Shown here in pieces: positions 58,118 through 64,000 of a stretch of DNA of 64,000 bases. This stretch comes from Candidatus Eiseniibacteriota bacterium (GTDB taxonomy: Bacteria > Eisenbacteria > RBG-16-71-46), in contig CAVQXP010000004.1 of NCBI GenBank assembly GCA_963717935.1, forward strand, positions 2,074,986 through 2,138,985, written 5' to 3'. Numbering within the stretch: the first letter of the stretch is position 1; each line of letters starts with the position of its first letter. Position numbers and translations under genes: made by a program. The notes under the pieces are model-generated. The model did not search any database. It had not been told where the DNA came from and was given only the letters and a program-made list of their open reading frames with translations.

Positions 58118-60037
58118 TTGCCCGATGTCACAATTCCCAACACGTCCGAATCACGCGACGGATACCCCTCTGCCTGGGGCCCGATGGGACGCATGACGCG
58201 TTCGGCACGGCCGCAGGGAGTGGCGGCCAGGTCCCCGCACTTCGATCCACAGGTCCATCCCACTTCCCCGCGTGGCCATGAAGGCACGAGCCTCTGGATC
58301 GGCCTCATCGTGCTCACGTTGGTGCGGCTGGTTCTAGCAGTCATCCCCTCGATGTGGCTGTGGGGCGCCAACATCTTCCGCTTTCTCGAGCCGACGACGA
58401 CCCTTGGCCTGTCGTTGCTTGCACTGCTGGCTCTGAGCCCTCGCATCGCACGGAGCACGACACACTGGCTTACCTGGAACGCTGCACGGGGCCTCGTCGG
58501 CCCCTGGCTCTTGCCCGTACTAGCGGCCGCCACGACCGGGGGCGCGCTTCTCCTCCTGCCCGACCGCACATGGTTCATCGGCGACTTCATGCTGCGCCAA
58601 CGGGCATCCACTGAGACCATCTTCCAGCCGTTCTTCCATCAATCGATGCCGTTGGACGTCCTCCTTCATCACACGTTGCCGACCCTCCTGCAGACGACAC
58701 TCGGCACCAGTCCGAATACGTTCGCGCGCCTCCTCGGAGCGGCCGAAGGGGCTTCGCTCGCGGCCCTCGCGCTGGTGTTCTTCAGATCGCAGCAGAGACC
58801 ACTGCACGCCGTCCTCGCCGGCGCGGCGATTGTCACTGTCGGGGGCCATCTGGTCGCGTTCGTCGGGTACGGGCGCTCCACCGCCGAGCAATGCCTGCTG
58901 ACAGCAGCCTTTGCCTTCGCCGCGACTCGAGCCCTCCGAGACGTACGGTGGGCGCCCGCAGCCGCTCTCGCAGCCGCTCTCGCGATCGCGACACACCGGG
59001 CGATGCTCGTCCTCTACCTGCCGTTGGCGGTGACCCTCGTCTGGAGTTGGTGCAACGCGCGTAGATCTCGCGAACGACTCACACTCGGCCTCTCCGCAGC
59101 CGTGGCGCTCGGCGCCCTCGCGCTCTTGGGCCCGGCGATGGCGAGGACCTTCGGTGGTTTTGACATCGCACGGCATCTGCTGTCGCCGGATGTGCAGGCA
59201 GCTGGCGGCGTTCTCCGGGCGGCGGTCGACCCACGGCGTCTACTGGACCTGCTGAATGCCATTCTGCTGATGTCTCCGCTCGTCCTGGTTGTATTGCCGC
59301 TGGCCGCGCTCACGTTCACGCGCAAGGCATTCTCAATTGAACTCACGGTGTTGCTGACCCTTCTGGGCGCTTTCTTGCCCGAGCTCATTGTGAGCCATCC
59401 TCAGCAGGGGCTCTTTCGCGACTGGGAGGTCTTCGCACCTGCGGGGATCGCGCTCAACATCGTCCTGGCGTGGTACGTGGCGGGGCTGCTTGAGGCACGC
59501 GCTGAGTTCAGTTGGCTGATGGTCCCGGTGGTGGCGGGCGTGGCGATACCGACACTCGGACTATTGATCCACAGCACGGATCTACCGCGTGGCCTTGCGA
59601 GGGTGGCAGCGTATGCGACCGAGCGCCCGACACCCTCCGCAACCGATCAGGCGTCGAGCTGGGAGTACATCGGGAACCGCTGTTCGCAGCTCGGGTGGTG
59701 GAGGGAGTCAGCGCATGCATTCCAGCAAGCGACCGCACTGGCTCCCCATCGACGAATGCTCATCAGCCTGGCGCTGTCTGAGTTTCACGCGGGCGAGTTG
59801 CGGAATTCCCTGGAGGGATTTCGTCGCCTGGTGGCACGCGAGCCCCGGGACGCCATTGGCTGGCTGGGGATCACAGCGGTGGCTGCACAGTTGGGCGACA
59901 CGAGCGCCGCGCGCGATGGCGTCCGCCACGTCGAGCGTCTTCTGACTTCCCCGTCGGGGATGCGGGAAATCAGACAGATGCTTGCCGTGGAGCCGTTGGT
60001 CAGGGCTGGTTACGAGCAAGCCGTGAGAACGCCGTAG
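58118..60037 (+). CDS. Polytopic membrane protein (GT-C-like) with C-terminal TPRs; start may be 58184 or 58193
   Basis: Many hydrophobic segments, FIGD after a TM, RDWEVF, TPR-like C-terminus; TTGACG-16-TATGGT promoter-like site at 57991-58018. Confidence 0.55.
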   Translation: MPDVTIPNTSESRDGYPSAWGPMGRMTRSARPQGVAARSPHFDPQVHPTSPRGHEGTSLWIGLIVLTLVRLVLAVIPSMWLWGANIFRFLEPTTTLGLSLLALLALSPRIARSTTHWLTWNAARGLVGPWLLPVLAAATTGGALLLLPDRTWFIGDFMLRQRASTETIFQPFFHQSMPLDVLLHHTLPTLLQTTLGTSPNTFARLLGAAEGASLAALALVFFRSQQRPLHAVLAGAAIVTVGGHLVAFVGYGRSTAEQCLLTAAFAFAATRALRDVRWAPAAALAAALAIATHRAMLVLYLPLAVTLVWSWCNARRSRERLTLGLSAAVALGALALLGPAMARTFGGFDIARHLLSPDVQAAGGVLRAAVDPRRLLDLLNAILLMSPLVLVVLPLAALTFTRKAFSIELTVLLTLLGAFLPELIVSHPQQGLFRDWEVFAPAGIALNIVLAWYVAGLLEARAEFSWLMVPVVAGVAIPTLGLLIHSTDLPRGLARVAAYATERPTPSATDQASSWEYIGNRCSQLGWWRESAHAFQQATALAPHRRMLISLALSEFHAGELRNSLEGFRRLVAREPRDAIGWLGITAVAAQLGDTSAARDGVRHVERLLTSPSGMREIRQMLAVEPLVRAGYEQAVRTP

Positions 60038-60240
60038 TCAGGAGACGCTGCGTCGGGTAGCGGATCAGACCCCGACGAATTGAAATCACGGCTGCGTGCA
60101 AGACGGGGAGCCGGTCACTGCAGAAGAGCCCGGCGGGTGGAGTTCCAGCCCCGGAATGCGAAGCGTGGCCCCGAAGCTCGGATGGACCGAGTAGCGGTGT
60201 CCCAGGCAGCCCCATCCGCCGGCACAGCCTCGTTGGCGGC

Positions 60241-62307
60241 TCACCGCACCAGCGTGAAACGTCGCGTCAGCGTGCGTCCCGCCGCCTCGAGTCGCGCAAA
60301 GTAGAGTCCCGCCCCCACGGGCTCGCCCCCCGTCAGGTGCCCGTCCCAGCCCACCCGGTGTCGACCGGCCGCGAAGTTCTGCTGCGCAAGCACGCGAACA
60401 CTCCGGCCGCGCGGATCGAAGATCGCGAGCGTCACCATGCCGGCCTCCGGCAGCGCGAACTGGAACTCGGCGCGCCCGCTTGCGGGATTGGGCACCGCAC
60501 CCGCGAACGACAGAACGCGGGGAAGGTCGGGGGTGGGAACGTCCGCGGTCGTGCACGGAGTCGGATCGCATGTGGCCGTGGCCGATGCGCGGGCGGCCAC
60601 GGACACCATCACGCGCGCGGGGGCCGCGCTGGTGGCGCTGGCCGCTCCGGCCTCGCCCGGTGTGCCCCCCGCCCCACCGGCGACCGTCGGCGCCATGGGG
60701 CAGGTGTACGTGTTCGCCACGGCTCCCTGCGTGCCCGGCGCTCCATCATTGCCGTCGTCATAGGCAGGCGGTGCGCCGGGGGCGGAGATACCACCCCCTC
60801 CGCCCTCCCCACCGCTTCCACCCGTGAACGTGTTGAGCGCCTGCGTGAGCGATGTGGCACAGGCCCAGAACCCATACGCACTGCCTCCGGTGCCCCCGCC
60901 TCCGCCACCGCCGTGACCACCGTGGCCCCCGTTGCCCCCCCGTCCGCCGGCCTGTGATCCTCCGTACGCTGCTCCCCCTGCACCGCCGACGCCGGGGTCC
61001 TGGCCGCGTCCACCCGAACCTCCCTGCCCGCCGGGACCGCCGTTGCCGAGTTCGAACTCGCACGATTCGACTACGAGGACGGAACCAATCGCGAGCACGC
61101 CGAAGCTCCCGCCACCGCCACCGCCGCCCTGTCCGCCGCCGACCGCGGCTAGGCCGCCGGCACCGCCCCCACCCCCGCCCGCACCGTAGCTGTCCGAGAT
61201 GGGGCTGATGTCGCAGCCGCCGCTTCCACCCCCTCCGCCGCCTCCACCACCGTTCTCGCCGATGCCGCCGGCGCTGCCTGCGTACGCAAACCAGCTATTG
61301 CCGGACAGGGACCCGCCCGCAGCGCCACCCATGCCCGCCGATCCGTCTGTGACGGCGCCCGGATTCCCGGGCAGACCCGGCCCGCAGGTGCTCGCGCCGG
61401 CACCGCCCGCACCCCCGTTGCCCGTCCCGCCCTCACCGACATGGGCTGCGTCGGATCCGGACACGCCAGCGGTGGCCGTACAGTCGCAGAGCGAGCACAC
61501 ACCCCACAAGCAGCACTTGTCCATCGTCCCGCCGGAGCCTCCCGCGCCGGCGTTCGGATCGCGTGGGCCTCCGGAATTCGTGCCGCCTGCGCCGCCCGCG
61601 CCTCGGGAAGTCGTCTCGCATAACGAGTAGAACCCGTCCGCTCCACCGCCCGGCATCCCGTCCATCTGCGACGTCGCGGTGACGGATGTGGCATCAGCGC
61701 CCGCGCTCCCAGGGCCTCCGTTCGCGCCCTGGCCACCGATAATCCTCGATCTCAGAATCGCCACGTTCGAATTGAGGATGTGGACAGCGTAGGAGCTCAT
61801 CCCGGCACTTGCCGCCTCCGGCCCCTCGATCCACATGTCTTCGACGGTGGTCTGCACCGCAAGGCCCGCAGCCTCCACCGTCACGTACCGTCCGGAGCCC
61901 GCGGCGAAGCCCCCCTGCAGGACAACGCGGTGGGCAGGGTCGCTCCACGAACCGAGGTCCCAGTTCACGTCGTACCCACCTTGAAGGCGGATGCCCGCGG
62001 CAAGCGTGACGACCTCGTCATACGTGCCGGCTTGGACGTAGACGCACGACTGGGCCTCGGCGACCGCCCGGCCGATTCCGTAGCTGACCGTGCGACAGGG
62101 GTCGGAAGGGAGCAATCCGGAAGTGGGCAGGTCACTGCCTGACGGGGCGACGAAGATGCCGCACGTTGCACCGGCAGTCACGGCCCCCGCGGCCCGAGCG
62201 CCGCCCGGCCACGAGGCGAGAAGCACTGCGACAAGAGCAAGGATTGCGGAGAAAGTGGAGCGACGCACGTACGCGGGCTCTCTCCGACAGTCGGAAGGGG
62301 ACGACAT
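60241..62307 (-). CDS. Secreted Gly-rich (PGRS-like) protein with DUF1565-like N-terminus and FlgD-Ig C-terminal domain
   Basis: AGGAGG RBS, signal peptide, IFVAPSGSD..PCRTV..GI..AGTY; GGxGGxG runs; PNP..F.LP..V.L.IFD..GR.VR.L..WDG..G.YF.RL C-terminus. Confidence 0.8.
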   Translation of the reverse strand: MSSPSDCRREPAYVRRSTFSAILALVAVLLASWPGGARAAGAVTAGATCGIFVAPSGSDLPTSGLLPSDPCRTVSYGIGRAVAEAQSCVYVQAGTYDEVVTLAAGIRLQGGYDVNWDLGSWSDPAHRVVLQGGFAAGSGRYVTVEAAGLAVQTTVEDMWIEGPEAASAGMSSYAVHILNSNVAILRSRIIGGQGANGGPGSAGADATSVTATSQMDGMPGGGADGFYSLCETTSRGAGGAGGTNSGGPRDPNAGAGGSGGTMDKCCLWGVCSLCDCTATAGVSGSDAAHVGEGGTGNGGAGGAGASTCGPGLPGNPGAVTDGSAGMGGAAGGSLSGNSWFAYAGSAGGIGENGGGGGGGGGSGGCDISPISDSYGAGGGGGGAGGLAAVGGGQGGGGGGGSFGVLAIGSVLVVESCEFELGNGGPGGQGGSGGRGQDPGVGGAGGAAYGGSQAGGRGGNGGHGGHGGGGGGGTGGSAYGFWACATSLTQALNTFTGGSGGEGGGGGISAPGAPPAYDDGNDGAPGTQGAVANTYTCPMAPTVAGGAGGTPGEAGAASATSAAPARVMVSVAARASATATCDPTPCTTADVPTPDLPRVLSFAGAVPNPASGRAEFQFALPEAGMVTLAIFDPRGRSVRVLAQQNFAAGRHRVGWDGHLTGGEPVGAGLYFARLEAAGRTLTRRFTLVR

Positions 62308-62674
62308 GCAAACCTCCTGTCTACGGTCACTGCGGTACACGCCGGAGGAACTGCCCTGCCGAGTATCTCACTCGCGGAGGAGGGCGGCTACCGTCCAGTT
62401 CAATCGTTGTGGTGCGTCGGTGAGAACGGCCCCCTGCAACGCGTTGGTGATCGTGCCCCCCGGACTTCATTCCCATGGACAACCGGGACGGCCGGCGGCT
62501 GGGCCTGATTCAAGCGGCACTGTGGGGACGGCTCACGAATGGCGAGGTCGCCATTAAGTGCGTGTGGAGCAGGAGTACCGACGGACGAAAACGTGCAGTC
62601 CGGCACGCTGCCCAACAGACCGCGTGCCTGCTCGATTTGCCCGGCAGGCGCAGTGCGCTATCGTGCTGCCCCAT

Positions 62675-62713
62675 GGCCCCGTAGCTCAGACGGATAGAGC
62701 AGCGGTCTCCCAA
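62675..62713 (+). pseudogene. 5' fragment of tRNA-Arg (att-like remnant)
   Basis: GGCCCCGTAGCTCAGACGGATAGAGCAGCGGT then diverges; no 3' anticodon stem, T-arm or acceptor complement. Confidence 0.85.
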
Positions 62714-63042
62714 GCTCCCGCACAGGTTCCACAGCACTCACTCGGTAGCAGCATCGCCACCAAGAAGTTCCAGCCGCCCCAGGGGGTTAGCGCCTCTTGG
62801 GGCGGTTGGTCTCTGGGGGGGGCAGGTGTGGTCAGGGTGGGAGGGAAGTGGACGCGGACGTCGCTACCAAGCGGCTACCAGGCGTCCTTTCTCCGGCGTC
62901 CCTGCCGAATCGGCGGTCAGATGGCGTGAGAACGAACGGCGTGGACGCGGTGAGCGGGCCGGGCTTCTGGCGCATCCAGCGCATGATGTAGACTCGCACG
63001 GCAGTAGACGCCAACACAGCAACTCACGCGGGGAACCGAACC

Positions 63043-63330
63043 GTGACGGTGACGAGGAGCGGGGCGCGCTTTGAAGGGGATACGTCGCGTGAGGCGCTCC
63101 GTGCGCAATACGCAGCCTTGCGGCGCACCACTGCAGCGCAACGACTGGCCTTCATGGACGACCTGACCCGGCTCGCTCGATCGATGACCCGGGAAGGCTT
63201 GCGACGGCGTCACCCGACTCTCACCGAGGAGGAGCTCGACGTTCGGTTCTTCAGCCTTGTGCTCGGTCCGCGCATCGCCGCGGAGGTGCTTGAACATCGG
63301 CGAGCGCGCCTTGCACGGCCGGTCCCGTGA
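63043..63330 (+). CDS. Small helical protein, putative partner/antitoxin of the downstream nucleotidyltransferase
   Basis: DTSREA..Q...LRR.T..QRL......GLRRRHP..EEL; stop overlaps the next start (GTGA). Confidence 0.65.
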   Translation: MTVTRSGARFEGDTSREALRAQYAALRRTTAAQRLAFMDDLTRLARSMTREGLRRRHPTLTEEELDVRFFSLVLGPRIAAEVLEHRRARLARPVP

Positions 63331-63905
63331 CCCTGCCCACCGAATTCCTGCTTTATGTAGCAGACCTCCTCGATCGGCTGGGGATTCCCTACCACGTGGG
63401 TGGGTCGGTCGCGAGCTCGGCACACGGCATGTACCGCGCCTCGGCGGACGTGGACTTCGTCATCGACCCCACGGCCGACCAACTGGATGCGCTGGCTAGC
63501 GCCCTGGAGGCGGAGTTCTACGTCAGCCGTACGGCTATCGCGGAGGCGCTTGCGCGCCGGAGCACGTTCAACGCCATCCATGACCTGACGTCGTTCAAGA
63601 TCGACTTCTTTATCAAGGGTTCGGCACCGTTCGATGCCGAGGAGTTGCGCCGCTCCATCCGACAGGTTGTCGGCGCCGAACGAGTGCGTGCGGTCCTCAT
63701 CAAGAGCCCCGAAGACACGATCCTCCGAAAGCTGGAGTGGTACCGGCGTGGTGGCGAAGTGTCGGAACGTCAGTGGCAGGATGTCCTCTCGATCCTCGCC
63801 GCCATGCGCGGACAGTTGGACGAGCAGCACCTCGACCGCTGGTCGCGGGAACTGCAAGTGGCGGACCTGCTCGAGCGCGCCCGACAGGAAGCGGCGGACT
63901 TCTGA
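63327..63905 (+). CDS. Pol-beta-superfamily nucleotidyltransferase
   Basis: GIPYHVGGS.A...HG..R...DVDFV (GS, DxD), KIDFF third Asp, SPEDTILRKL.W, QWQDV. Confidence 0.8.
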   Translation: MTLPTEFLLYVADLLDRLGIPYHVGGSVASSAHGMYRASADVDFVIDPTADQLDALASALEAEFYVSRTAIAEALARRSTFNAIHDLTSFKIDFFIKGSAPFDAEELRRSIRQVVGAERVRAVLIKSPEDTILRKLEWYRRGGEVSERQWQDVLSILAAMRGQLDEQHLDRWSRELQVADLLERARQEAADF

Positions 63906-63965
63906 GAGCACAGGCCGAGGTGGCTTGCGCAACCGACATCGAATCCAGCAGCATGCGTTGCCCGT

Positions 63966-64000
63966 GGCCCCGTAGCTCAGACGGATAGAGCAGCGGTTTC
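63966..64000 (+). tRNA. tRNA-Arg (probably CCT), truncated by window end
   Basis: GGCCCCG-TAGCTCAGACGGATAGAGC-A-GCGGT-TTC...; GGATA D-loop (A20) is typical of tRNA-Arg; full anticodon not visible. Confidence 0.7.

Larger units (their letters stand above)
62674..63997. mobile_element. ~1.3-kb islet bounded by 33-bp direct repeats of the tRNA-Arg 5' end
   Basis: Identical 33-mers at 62674-62706 and 63965-63997; encloses a two-gene module; no intact integrase. Confidence 0.6.

Noticed and set aside
60760..61740. CRISPR array or DNA tandem repeat
   Set aside because: The repetitiveness comes from Gly codons in the PGRS-like gene; no repeat-spacer structure or cas genes were seen anywhere in the window.
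62832..63017. Minus-strand 61-aa ORF as an integrase C-terminal remnant (VRVYIMRW)
   Set aside because: The resemblance is too weak to call; no R-H-R catalytic motifs are visible.

Overview
High-GC bacterial chromosome segment. A C-terminal 'TTWGRMKTLYR' motif and a FlgD-Ig C-terminal domain suggest an FCB-related lineage such as Ca. Eisenbacteria (inference only). 1-3.1 kb is the tail of a bacterial microcompartment (BMC) locus: BMC-H, three BMC-P, a PduT-like BMC-T and an acylating aldehyde dehydrogenase with an encapsulation peptide. 3.1-43.6 kb is mostly housekeeping: HU, a tiny bS22/AURKAIP1-like ORF missed by the track, rnr, PilZ, aroA, cmk-plsC, rpsA, mutS, YitJ-type methyltransferase/MTHFR, S55 protease plus beta-propeller partner, pgeF, PPIase, mutL-miaA, tRNA-Gly, der-plsY-gpsA-MerR, tRNA-Pro(GGG), nikR-nikMNQO with a NikR-like operator, surE-pcm, tRNA-Pro(CGG), acyP, sigma factor, apt, csp and peroxiredoxin. 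43.7-64 kb is accessory: M28 peptidase, three GT-C-like membrane proteins (two with TPRs), CorA, fucose-isomerase-like/HAD pair, DUF4838-like protein, antiporter, two secreted proteins with distinct C-terminal signals, and a two-gene nucleotidyltransferase module flanked by a 33-bp duplication of the 5' half of tRNA-Arg. Nine conserved genes carry frameshifts that all fit +1 insertions, most likely long-read sequencing error. All family calls come from motif recognition, not database searches.
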